A stretch of DNA of 64,000 nt, from assembly GCA_031835245.2 (NCBI GenBank), contig JAVKOQ020000081.1, positions 1 through 64,000 of the forward strand, given 5' to 3'. The notes below the pieces were generated by a model. The model saw only the letters and a list, made by a program, of their open reading frames with translations. It searched no databases and was not told the DNA's origin. The DNA comes from Balamuthia mandrillaris (lineage: Eukaryota). The position numbers were made by a program, and so were the translations under genes. Numbering within the stretch: the stretch's first letter is position 1; each line of letters begins with the position of its first letter. Of the stretch, positions 38,386-52,323 are shown piece after piece.

Positions 38386-39833
38386 TAACAAACCACTTCC
38401 CGCAACAAGAGAGCTGTTTCGTCTGCTGCGAGACTCAGAATTCGTTGTTGCATTGTTGCTTCCACGAATACTGCGGCCAGCACTCAAAGAACTTCGCAAC
38501 GCAACTTCGTTGTAGGGACTGTTTCTCGCATCTTGCAAGCCCTCGATCTGGTTCTGCACTCGAAAGACTTCATTGATGCTGTCCGCCTCTTGATGCTTCT
38601 GGTCCAAGCGATCAGCTAGCTTGGCCATCTTCTGACTCGCTGTTGCCACGTCTTCACGATCGGGATGGCCGTCCCATGTAAACCGCTCTAAATCCTTTTT
38701 TTTTGTTTTTTGTTAAGCATTTGCACGAGTGCCTTATTGCAAGGAGAGAGGGAGAGAGGGGGAGGGAGGGAGAGAGAGGGAGAGAGAGAGGGAGAGAGAG
38801 AGAGAAGGAGAGAGGGAGAGAGAGGGAGAGAGAGAGAGAAGGAGAGAGGGCAAGAGAGAGAAAGAGAGAGAGAGAGAATTACACTTAGCAATAGGACATA
38901 ACGGGGAATACGCTGTACAGGTTGGATTAGGTATCCAGGCAAGCTTTGGTTTTTGTTGGCTTGCTTGAGCTTTGCTTCGCATTGCTAAATATTAGCCGGG
39001 TAAGAACGAAGAGGTTATTATACTCATACAAATGACAAAGGAAAAAGAGAAAGAAAGAACCTTAATGAACATGGCAAAGTTCTTATTTTGTTCGCGTTGG
39101 CTGAGAAGAAGCAACGCTTCGTTGTAATTGTTACAATAGTCTGAGTATACATGAAAGTAATCCATCTTTGTTCGTTGCAAATGGTGTTAGAGAATGATAG
39201 CAAATATAAGAAATAGAAGAAGGAGGAGAAGGAAGGAGAAGGAGGAAGGAGAAGGAGAAGGAGAAGGAGAAGGAGAAGGAGAAGGAGAAGGAGAAGGAGA
39301 AGGAGAAGGAGAAGGAGAAGGAGAAGGAGAAGGAGGAGGAGAAGGAGGAGCAGAGGAGGAGAAGGAGGAGCAGAGGAGGAGAAGGAGAAGGAGAAGGAGA
39401 AGGAGGAGGAGGAGGGAAGGAGGAGGAGGAGGAGGAGAAGGAGAGGAGGAGGAGAAGGAGGAGGAGAGAGGAGGAGGAGGAGGAGAAGGAGAAGGAGGAG
39501 AAGCAGAAGAAAAAAAAGAGGAAAGTTATGGAAGTACGTACCACGCTCAAAAAGACGTCGCCAATGCGCTGGTCAACGTGCCAATGCTTAAGGCGGTCCC
39601 GTAACGACTCGGTGAGGTGTTGGCTAAAGTTAAAAATGACTTGTGTGTGAGAGAAAATGTTCTTGATGTCATTCTCAGAGAGCAAAAGCTCGCTCTGAGT
39701 GATGCCCGCAAACACGGAGGCTAGTCCCGTCTGTCGGGGTGACATGGGCTGCTCCGACGCCAGTTTTCTCATCGGCAATAAATAATACTATGTGGTTTTT
39801 ATGAACACCATCAACACGAGTTCGTGCAAGAAG

Positions 39834-39883
<50 letters not shown>

Positions 39884-40350
39884 AAAAAGAAAGTGGAGAC
39901 GAGAGCACGGATTCAACGGGAGGAAGAAAGCATTACCTCGACCATGTTTTGCAAAGCTTCCAAATACTTTTCTTCGGAGCTAAGTATTTCAGCAGCGATG
40001 TTATGTCGTCTCACTATATAAACCCCAAAAAATATATAAACATATGATAAGAAAAAAAAACGACGATGATGGTTTGCTTCGCGAGGAGGAATATACGTGC
40101 CTGCCATTTTGTAACGACGACGAGCTTGACGACCTCTCCATAGCGCCTGCACGCGGACCAGTTGTTTCAGTTGTTGCGGGGTGTAATGGTAACGACGACG
40201 AGGGGAGGCAGAAGGGTCGGTGGCAGGGGAGGAGGCGGAAAGAGCGGCGGTCGAGGCGGCACCGCCTGTCCACCGACGCACCAGAGAGAAGCCAATGCCC
40301 ATGGTATAGATCGCCACAAACGTATAGAAGAGCAACCATTCAAAGAGCAT
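37332..40350 (-). CDS. IQ-motif + DH-PH RhoGEF with a putative N-terminal membrane anchor
   Basis: LVRVQALWRGRQARRRY (IQ); RHNIAAEILSSEEKYLEAL, YSDYCNNYNEA and LIQPVQRIPRYVLLL (DH); YCFLFN...FQASSAEEKKEWMDAF (PH). Confidence 0.9.
38744..38878. repeat. Intronic (GA)n/GAGG polypurine tract
   Basis: Direct reading. Confidence 0.9.
39215..39500. repeat. Intronic (GAAGGA)n/(GGA)n polypurine tract
   Basis: Direct reading. Confidence 0.9.
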
Positions 40351-40751
40351 ACTACTAATAAATAAAAATTAAAAAAAAGAAGAGTTGCCTTGGTGGTGGT
40401 CGTCGTTGGACCCCTTTTTTTTTTGGGTTGTCGTATAGCGCTCCAATTTGTGTTATATGTGTTTCTTTGTTCTTATTTGAGCTCTCGCTTGGCCCCTTAA
40501 TTCATTATACACTTGGCTCCTCGTTCTTCACACAGCTATACGCACGCTTTCATCCTTGGATCTTTTCTCTTCTCCCTCCCATCTCTTCCGCCTCTTCTCT
40601 CCTCTCCCGTTTCCCTTCTCTTCCTCTATTCGCTGCTTCTCTTCTGCTTCTCCTATCTCTGTGTTATGCTGTTCTCTCGCTATCTCTCCCCCTTTCTTTT
40701 TTTTTTCTTTTAGTCCTTTATGCTTTCTTAGGTGTTCAAATGTGTTGTTGT

Positions 40752-41124
40752 TTACAAAGAACGAGGAGAAGAAGATGAGGGGGAAGGGAGAGCTGAAGGA
40801 GAAAGGGAGGAAGAAGATGATACAAAAGTTGGATGATAAGAAGAAGAAGGAGGGGGAAAAGAGCAGAAGCGACGTTGAAGCGCGGCAATGACCACAAAGA
40901 CGGGAAAGAGAAGCATCCAAGGAGATGCCGCCGAAGGACCGTTGGGCGATATGGAAGAGGCCGAAGAGGACAAAGAAGTCATGAACCAAAACGGCCATAG
41001 AGTGGCAAGGGAGCTTCGCGCCCAGGAGAGGGCTAAGCTCAAAGGATGATGTCGGTTGGAGACAATCTCTCTCTTGAACGAGGTGAAGCGATTAGAACCT
41101 CCTGAGGAAGACCTTGCGAATGAG

Positions 41125-41160
<36 letters not shown>

Positions 41161-42762
41161 AGAAACGAGGTAGGTTCGGAAGAAAGAACGGTGGTGGCGG
41201 AGAGATCTTTGGAGGAGGGATGGATGTAAGAGGAGAGAGGGACGATGAGGGCAGTCATATCGTCTATCTTGGGTTCTCTTCCTCCCATTGCGGATTCCTC
41301 TTCCCTACATCGTGCTTCCTCCACCAATAGTTGTGCTACTGTTGTTGCTTCCTCTATTCAAAGAAATGCGATAAGCGACTACCAGCAGGAGAAGAGGAAA
41401 GAAGAAAGGGCGGAGAGGAACCTGTCTTTAGCTTCTCATGGATAAAAGAAATGACCGCTTGATTGCCTTCGGGAAAGGCGTTGTAGACGCCATCACTCAG
41501 CAAAACCAAAAACTCGTCTTCATCAGACCGTATGTATTCTTTGCATACATGTACAAACCGCTTGTCAAAAGCATCTGACCCAAAGTTGGTGTCTTATTCG
41601 TGGTAATGTCAGTTCTCTGAGAACGAGTGATGAAAGCAGAAAGAGACAGAAAAGACAAGCTTACCAGGGCAAGAATCAACTGAAAGTTGAACAGCCTTGC
41701 TGCACCGACAAAGCAATGCCCTCGAGTCTCCACAGTTAACTACAGTTAGAGTGGCATTGTCTTCGCGGTTGCTAGCGGCCGCCACCTCTTTCTTTCCAGC
41801 AGCAAAAGCAAAGGAAGAACTGCAAGATGGCCTTTCGATAAAAGCAACCACTGCTGTAGAGCCGCTTCCAATCATGCATTGGGGTCGCAAGTCCTGGTGT
41901 ACTTCCTCCCATTGTTGCCTCAAAAAGGCTTTCTCTTCTTGCTCCTTCATTCCGTCTTCCTCTTCTCCTTCGTGTTCATGTTCTCGTTCTTCTCGTTCCC
42001 GTCGGGACCCAAGTGTACATCTTCTTCCAAGTTGCCTCTTACCTTTCCGTTCTATTCCATTCATCTCTCTTCTAGGCCGCTGTTGTTTAAGTTGTGCTTC
42101 TTCTTCCTCCTCCTCTTCAGCAAGAAAAAGAGAAGAAGAGGAGGAGGAGGACAGGAAGGATAAGGCACGATGGTGGCGCAAGCGTTCAAAGGCGCGGGGT
42201 AGGTGCTTGCTCAGGTAGCTAGACACGTCTCTAGGATCCAGTTGAGTCCGAATGTCATAGCTCAGCCTGAATAGCAATAGAGTTTAAGCAAGGACTTGAA
42301 GAAGAAGAAGAAGAAGAAGAACAAGAACAAGAACAAGAAGAAGAAGAACAAGAAGAAGAACAAGAAGAACAAGAAGCAGAAGTAGCAACTACAACAAGAA
42401 GAACCACAACTAACAACAAACAACAAGGTGAACGAGAAGAAGCAGCAAGTAGTGAGGAGGTGGTACTCAACCCCATTGCAGCAGCAACAGAAGGCCATTC
42501 ATCCTCACTGACGCCAATGATGGAGAGCAGAAGCTCCTTGGTCTTGCCATTGCCTGGCCAGCCAAAGTTAGTTTCCAGCTTTTTCATCAAAAAAAAAGAA
42601 ACAAAACAAAAACACAAAGCAAAGCAAACCATCATACACTCCAAAAATGCCCTCTTCGACGTTCATGCTGTAGGCATCCTCGTTGACCTTCCTGCCCGAG
42701 CTGTCCCTGCCCGCCAAGGAATAGCAGCCCGCTTCTACCCCTCCATCCTTCCTCTGCTCCAT
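40752..42762 (-). CDS. PP2C/PPM-family phosphatase (divergent) with hydrophobic C-terminal tail
   Basis: NEDAY, IFGVYDG, GSTAVV, VNCGDSRALL, DEFLVLLSDGVY and DDMTALIV motifs. Confidence 0.85.
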
Positions 42763-42998
42763 GATCCACCAAGACTTTGCCTCCTCGATTGGTGGGGCTC
42801 AAGCCTGCCTTCCAAGAAGAGTGAAATGAAACCTTTTCTTCTTTTCTCTCTTTTCTTTTTATTTTTTCTGCAAAAGAAATTCAGCTAAAAGAACCATGCC
42901 TCTCATCGGATTCGAACTGGCGGCATCTGACACAAGTGACCAGCAATTCTACAGCATTTGAAGAACATTTTATGGCGAGTTTAAAATAATAACGACCC

Positions 42999-43116
42999 AC
43001 GCGCAATGGTCAGGTTTGCGGTGGTCCTGGTCGACACGAATTCTCCCCGCTGAAAGTGGCGGGGAAGCGCAGGGACTATTTTTGCTGCCCTTTTGTCCCT
43101 TGCCATTTCTTTTCAG
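42999..43116 (+). repeat. Dispersed ~120-bp structured element, copy 2
   Basis: Aligns to 3572-3690; hairpin CCCCGCT-GAAAGT-GGCGGGG followed by T5. Confidence 0.85.
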
Positions 43117-43258
43117 CCATTTTTTTTTTGGTTTTTTATTTATTTATTTTTTTTCGCTTTTGTTTTTCTGTATTTTTGTTTTGTTTGCAGCAGAGCAACT
43201 TGCAACGCTAACAAACAATGAAGAAGAAGACAACAACGAAAACGAAAGAAAGGGAGTA

Positions 43259-45838
<2,580 letters not shown>

Positions 45839-46067
45839 CTTCTTACAAGAATTATTCACTGCAAGAGTGCCAGTTCCTGGTCGACAAGAATGTATTTTTG
45901 TCGACGATTTGATAGTGAAAAACAGGGAAAATTGGGTGAAATAATTTTAGTACATTATTTTTAGGATCTGGCACCAACTTCATTTTTCCAAGAAATAAAG
46001 GTTAAGTTAACTTTTATTTACAGCGATAAACAAAAAAAAAAAACAAAAAACAAAAAACAACACAAAC

Positions 46068-48322
46068 ATGCCACGTGCAAAAAGAGTCAAACGCCAACCG
46101 CCTTATGTTTGTGAGCACCTCTACTGTTCACCACAACGGTTTGTTGCACAGGATACCTCCACCCTCAATCGACATGAAAGGCGCAAGGGAGGAGGAGGGC
46201 ATACGTGTAATGCAACTAATTGCACAACCTGCAAGCGATGGGAAAACCATCGACTTGGAAAGAAGAACCCAAACGACCTGAGGTTCGAGTGCCGTCACTC
46301 TGTTTGTGGCAAACGTTACAAATCAGAAGAGTCAAGAAGAGAGCATGAAGCAACAGTTCAACATACCTGCTCACCTGATTCCTGTGCCCGTTGTAAGGAG
46401 ATAGCCACCCGCCAGGATGAAAAGGGAAAAGAGAAGGAAAAGCAAGAGCAGGCAAAGGAAGAAGTGAAGAAGCAACGCGAAGAAGAAATAGAAGAAGCTA
46501 AGCAAGACATCATGGAGGCGATTGAAACGAAGGTGACTTGGGATGTTGAAGGAAACGTGCGAGTAGCTGTAGCAAAAGCAGCAGTGGAAGGAGCACTCCA
46601 AGTTGATGTAGTATTAGGAGTGGCTGCCATTATTCACTCTTCTCCAGTGATTGAAGGATGGCTACAAGCAAACCTCTCTACATCTACTTATCAACCTTGT
46701 GTGACAGACCTTGTCTGGTTGAAGAATGTGTTGCGTATACCAGATCGTTGTTGGGAGTTGGTTGTTCATATTTTCAAGCTATCAAAACAAGCAAGCCTAC
46801 ATCAAGTTCGAAAGAAGCAATGTGAGTTGTTAAACAAGAAGGAATTGGTTGCAACAAAAGGTGGAAAAGGAAGTATGTACCAGCCGAAAGAGTTTGTACA
46901 GCAACTCTTTTCATCTTCTAAACTTCAAGCAGCAGATCGACCTGTTTTAAAGCTTGCCTTTGATGGATCTACAGCAGCCAAAAAAACTCATCTACAAATG
47001 GAAGTTGGGACGATGGAGTTCATAAGCAAGAAATCCACATTGAAGGCGCTCAAATCGTCACACAACTGTCATCCTTGGCTGTTGTATTTAGGAAACGAAG
47101 ATGGAGAAACATTAATCAGAGAACTTGGTGATCAACGAGCAGTGCTCAACGACTGGATAGAAAAGGGTGTGCTACTTACTTCTTCTTCTGGTGAATTGGT
47201 GCACCTGTGGCCATACATTGTGGTTGACTTGAAGGCCTTGGCTGTTTTTAGTGGCATGTATCAATTCTATCGCAGCAACTCTACCTGTCGCTGTTTTTGG
47301 TGCAATGTCACAAAGCAGCAGTTAGCACAAGGTGAACTCTCAGCAGAAGAAACTCGCTTTCGTACCTTAGAGGATGTCAAAAATGATTGGAAAGCAGTTA
47401 TCAACTGGGAAGAGGCAACAAGGAGATCAAAAGCGACAGATCATCATGGACAGGTTTGTGTTGTTTTTTGTTTCTATTTGCTCTTCTGACTTTTGTTGGT
47501 GGTCTTGTTTGCTAAAAGGTGCTTGAACCTGTGTTGTTTTTAAATCCAATGCAAGTTATTCCAGATCTTCTTCACCTATTAATGGGCGTAGTTCGCAAAC
47601 TCATCAATAAGACAATTGAGCTCGCAGCAGAACGACCAAGGTTACAACAACTTTTTGTTGAACGAATGGCTGGAATTGGGATTTACCTTATTCCAGCAGC
47701 TTCTGGAGTTGGTTTCAAGAAGAGGATTAAAGACAGCAGGCTCAACAGACGTGAACATTTAATCATCCTTGAAAATCACACGTTCATTTTAGCAGACCTT
47801 GAGGAAGGCATGCCTAGAAGAGCACCAATTCGAACAACACTTCCACAAGTTCGTCAGGTTTGGGCAGCTTTCCATCGAACAGCCTGTTTAGCAATGCAGG
47901 AAAAGCTGAGCATCACGGATGAGGAATGGAAGCAAGAGGCAAAGGTGTTTTTGCAAGCCTTTATTCAGGCATGGAATGGAAGGGATGTTACTACATACAT
48001 TCACGTGTTTGTTGACCACCTTGGCTACTGGCTGGAGCGAGAAGGCTCGGTCGAAAAGTTCAGCAACTTTGGCATTGAAACCACGCACGCCGATCTCAAG
48101 CGGATGATGACGCAGTCAACACAAGGCTTCGCGGGAATCAATTCCGGTGATTGTTCTCTTCCACAGCAGCTCCTTGAAAGGCAAGCGCTTTGTGCTGAAG
48201 CTGCCGCTGCCTCTCCCGTTGTAGCAAAAGTTCAAGGTGCTACACAAAGAGGTGAAAGGTCATGGGCAGAGAGAAATCTTGAGCATTTTCCCGACCTTCA
48301 GAGATATATAAGAGAGCAATAA
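46068..48322 (+). CDS. RAG1/Transib/Chapaev-like DDE transposase or domesticated recombinase, ~729 aa, one intron (47454-47518), two N-terminal Zn-finger modules
   Basis: Ordered motifs LKLAFDG, NCHPWLLYLGNEDGETL, VVDLKAL, CRCFWC, PDLLHLLMG, TTYIHVFVDH and GSVEKFSNFGIETTH parallel the RAG1 core. A phase-0 GT-AG intron joins the two ORFs. Confidence 0.8.
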
Positions 48323-48748
48323 AAGCAAGCATACCTGTTCATTAAACTCATGTGGCCACTGCAGTGTGCCATGCGCATTGAAAACTTGGTAACGAAGGCT
48401 GATTTTTGTCCTGAACCTCTTGAAATCGTAGGACACCGTTACTTCGGGCGTGAGCTCTGCATAGCCGCCATCCGTGAAGTTTTTTCTCCTCATGTTTAAT
48501 GGGAACGGTGAAGCCTGAAACTGTTCCTCCGTCTTGTAGTGCACGGACTCAGTTGTTCCCCAAACAAAAGCATGAAAGGGCGGAGGTACCACTACTGCAA
48601 CAACAACTGGAAGCTTTCGTGGCTCTTGAGTCAGGTTCTTACAAATCTCCTGCCATAGGCAGCTAAACACAAAATAGCTTATGTCTTCCTCAGCGACAAA
48701 CACCCCCGCTCCTTGTCTTTGTTGTCGTTGTTGTTGTTCTTCTTCCAT
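48138..48748 (-). CDS. Small unknown protein convergent with, and overlapping, the RAG1-like gene
   Basis: ORF from MEEEQQQ. A CAG|GTATGC donor at 48334 and a polypyrimidine-TAG acceptor at 48240 give a 171-aa product ending at 48138; unspliced, the ORF is 162 aa to 48260. Confidence 0.55.
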
Positions 48749-49461
48749 CGTCGATCGCGTCGTGTCTTCCCTTTCTTCTTTTCCCCCTTTTTATCGTTTT
48801 TTAGAGTTTTTTTTTTTCGTGGCTTTGTCTACAACAAATGCCAATGTAATGGCAAAAGAGCCAAAAAACCCATATTTGGGTTAGTGCCAGGTCCTGCGGC
48901 ACGATTTTTAGAGGAAAAATTCTGCAGTGGCGGTTCCTTAAGGATTAGGAATTTTTTCCAGGAAAAACAATTAACAAAAAATGGTATGGTCAATTTGAGG
49001 AGCACTTGAGCAACCAAAGGCAATTAGCGGAATCTCTTTACAGACGCACGCGGCCCAGTTTTGTCTGCTGGAGTGAAGCGGGCAAACCCCGTGGAAACAA
49101 CCGGACGTGAACGTTCGCCATCAAGGATCCCTCGGCGTAACTGTCATTTTCGTTTCCCCCGCAAGAGAGCAGAGAAGCGGAGAGGCAGAGAGGCAGCAGA
49201 GACCATTCGCTCTTGTCATCCTTGTTATAACTTTTTTTGTTCTCCAAAAACATCTCTACCAAGAGAGAAGAAGCCCCCAGGTGAGTCCCTAAGGAAAAGC
49301 CTGCTTCTTCTTTGGCTTTGTCACCCACCCCCATCACCGGTGTACGTACGTCTCCTTGTTTTTTTTTTTTTTTTTGCCACCCATCTGATTGACTTGATCA
49401 AATTCTCTTTCGATGAACAAACAGAACATAAAAATCACTTCCATCGCAAACAAAAGAGAGA

Positions 49462-49769
49462 ATGGCAATCTTGGCTGACATTGCGGACCTCATGGGCGGC
49501 AAAGCAGAGCAGGTGCTCTACCTCGCCCTGTTGCTCCTGGCCTACCCGCTCTCCCTCGTCCACCGCTTCCTCATCCCCTCCGCCACCGGCCGCCACGTCT
49601 TTGGGCTGGCGTGCGGCCTGCTCTTCGCCTGGACGGCCTTCCAGTACGACATTGTCCACTTCTTTGCCACCGCCACGGGGGTCTACTGCCTCTGCCGGTT
49701 CGTGCCGGGCAAGACGGCTCCCATTCTTGCCCTCCTCTTTGCTCTCTTTTACCTTTCTTTCGGGTATGT

Positions 49770-49816
<47 letters not shown>

Positions 49817-51768
49817 TTTCGCTCTTCTCTCTCTTAACCCGTTTTGCTTCTGTTGATGGTTTGAACCACATCTCATCTCATCTCATCTCTCCAATAACAA
49901 AAAAACAAGACATCTTTGGCGTATGTATGAGGCTCACACGGACCGTCACTGGAGCTCTCCACAGATGTTGATCACCATCAAGATCACCAGCTTTGCCTGG
50001 TCTTATTATGATGGACAACGGCCTGCTGAGGTTCGCGTCCCGCAATGCTTCCTTCTTTTCTTGTTTGCCCTTTTGTTTTTCTCCTTCTCCCTTCCCTCTT
50101 TTCGTTTCTTCGTCATTGTTTTTGCAACAGTTTACTGATATTTTTCTTCTTTTTCACATCATCGAAACAGAGTTTGAGCGAAAGTCAAAAGGCTCGTGCC
50201 ATCCAAAAGTTGCCCTCTCTGCTCGAATACTTCAGTTACATCTTTTTCTTTGCCGGCTTCTTGACGGGACCTTGCCCCGAGTTCAAAGAATACAAAGACT
50301 TTGTTGACCGTTCTCTTTTCAAAGCTGAGGTTACTTCTTCTTTCTTCTTGTTTGTCGTTCGTTTTTCGTTATCTGAATTGTGGGCTGCTCTCTCTCTCTC
50401 TCTCTCTCTGCCAACAGGGAGGTAAGATCCCGGAAGGCTCCTATTTCGCCGCCACTCGACAACTCATGATGGGCTTGTTGTGCCTTCCTTTGCACTTTGT
50501 CTACCAATACGTGCATGAAGGCTACACCCTCACAGATGAGTTCTATCAACACAACTTCTTCTGGAAGTGCGTCTCTTTCGTTCAACTCCTCTTTTCTCTC
50601 TCTCTTCTCTTTCTCTCACGCCTTACTGACGTTAAACTCGCTTTCAAAAGATATGGTTATATGATTGTATCGGCAGAAATTGGCTTCTACAAGTACTATG
50701 TTGTGTTCTTCCTTGGGGAGGGAGCATGCATCTTATCTGGGCTTGGTTACAACGGGCGAGACAAACAAGGCAGAGTACAATGGTTGGATCGCTTCCTCTT
50801 TGTCATGTATCTTTTCCTTGTTAATCGTTTGCCATTACTTTCTGGCGTTGCCTATACTTTAGGGACCGAGTACTTATGTTGAAGTTCTTCCCGTTCAAGT
50901 TGGCACAGGACCCCAGCACCCTTGCCGCCAACTGGAACATTCCTTCCGCAAACTGGCTCAAAAGATGTAAATTATCTCTCTTTCTATCTCTCTCTTTTCT
51001 CTTTCTCTGCTAATGATTATTTTTCAAAGACGTCTATGTAAGATTGTTGCCACAGAGGCCCGCCAAAGGTGATACTTCCTCTGAACCCGCCGAAGAGAAG
51101 CAAAAGAGCAGCCAAATGCAAAAGATGCTCCCTATGTTTGCCACATTCTTCGTTAGCGCATTTTGGCATGTGCGTATTTCATCCTTCACGAAGCTTCTTT
51201 CTCCGTTTCTGACCCTGTTTTCTTTTTGCTCCTTTATAACAGGGATTCTATCCTGGATACTATATGTTCTTCCTCTCTTTGGCATGCTTCGCAGCGCTTG
51301 GTGGACGTAAGTCTCCTTTTTGTGTTTTTCTTTCTCTTTTGTCGTTTCTCTCTCCACTGCTCTTCGTCTGTTCTCTTATTTTCCACCACACTAATGGACT
51401 GCTTCAAATCCAAAGTGAATCGGCTGTACATCCGGCCTTTCTTCTTGGAGGAGGATGGCAAGACGCCCAAGTATCCCATCAAGTACCTCTACGACTTTAT
51501 GTGCTGGTTCCTTACCTTTATCGGTCTGGACTACCACATCATCGTCTTTCGCACGCTCACCTTCAGCAACGGCATGAAGGCCTGGGGCAGCGTCTACTTC
51601 TTCCCTCACATCCTTGGCCTCCTCTGCGCTCTCTACTACATCATTATCGGGCCACCACGACGAAGGTCCCGCAAACCACAACAACAACAACGCCCTTCCT
51701 CCTCCTCTTTCACCGGCAAGGAAGAACAAGCCAAAAGGCCGGTGCTGGTCATGGCGAAAGAGGAGTAG
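49462..51768 (+). CDS. MBOAT-family lysophospholipid acyltransferase (Ale1/LPCAT-like)
   Basis: QMLITIKITSFAWSYYDG, PSLLEYFSYIFFFAGFLTGP, KYY...EGACILSGLGYNG, WNI...WL and TFFVSAFWHG FYPGY motifs. Confidence 0.93.
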
Positions 51769-52323
51769 AATAAATGAATTGTGGCAGCTAACCAATGGGA
51801 AAACAGAAATCTGGAAAAATGTGAAGATTAGATACGTGTCGTCATGAATGATATTCTGAGGGTTCATCCGATTGCTGTTTTGTTTTTGATTTTCTCTGAA
51901 TCCCCTCCGCAGCAGCAAAAACAAGGCGGAGGAGGAGAGAAGAGAGAGAGAAAAGGCGGAGAGCTTTTTTTTTTGGTTTTGAAAGGGAAGACAAACAAAC
52001 AGCTGAAACAGTCAGTGAGCGAGTTTTTTTTATTTGGGGGGGTCGAAAACAAAGTAGCACAAAAAGAAGAAGGGAGAACGCAAAGACGGGAAGGAAAGGA
52101 AACGTGACACATCAAACAAAAAACACGACAACGAAACACACACACCACACACACACACACAAAAGAAGTAGTGGCCAGTTGTGATATGTGCGGTTTGTGG
52201 TGAAGCGCTTGCAGCGAAAAAAAAAACAAAAAGGTAACCAAGTCTTTTTGTGTGTCCACTCCTCTTGTAGATTCTGAAGCTTTTTTTTTTTCGATTGCAA
52301 AAAAAGAATAGAGAGAAATAAGA

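Noticed and set aside
48138..48748. Partner gene as RAG2-like
   Set aside because: Too short, with no kelch GG repeats or PHD cysteines visible.
45857..48929. CACTGCA...TGCAGTG as RSS-heptamer-like Transib TIRs
   Set aside because: Only 7 bp match, there is no 5-bp TSD (TTATT versus GCGGT), no paired nonamer, and the left copy is only 19 bp from the RecQ ATG.
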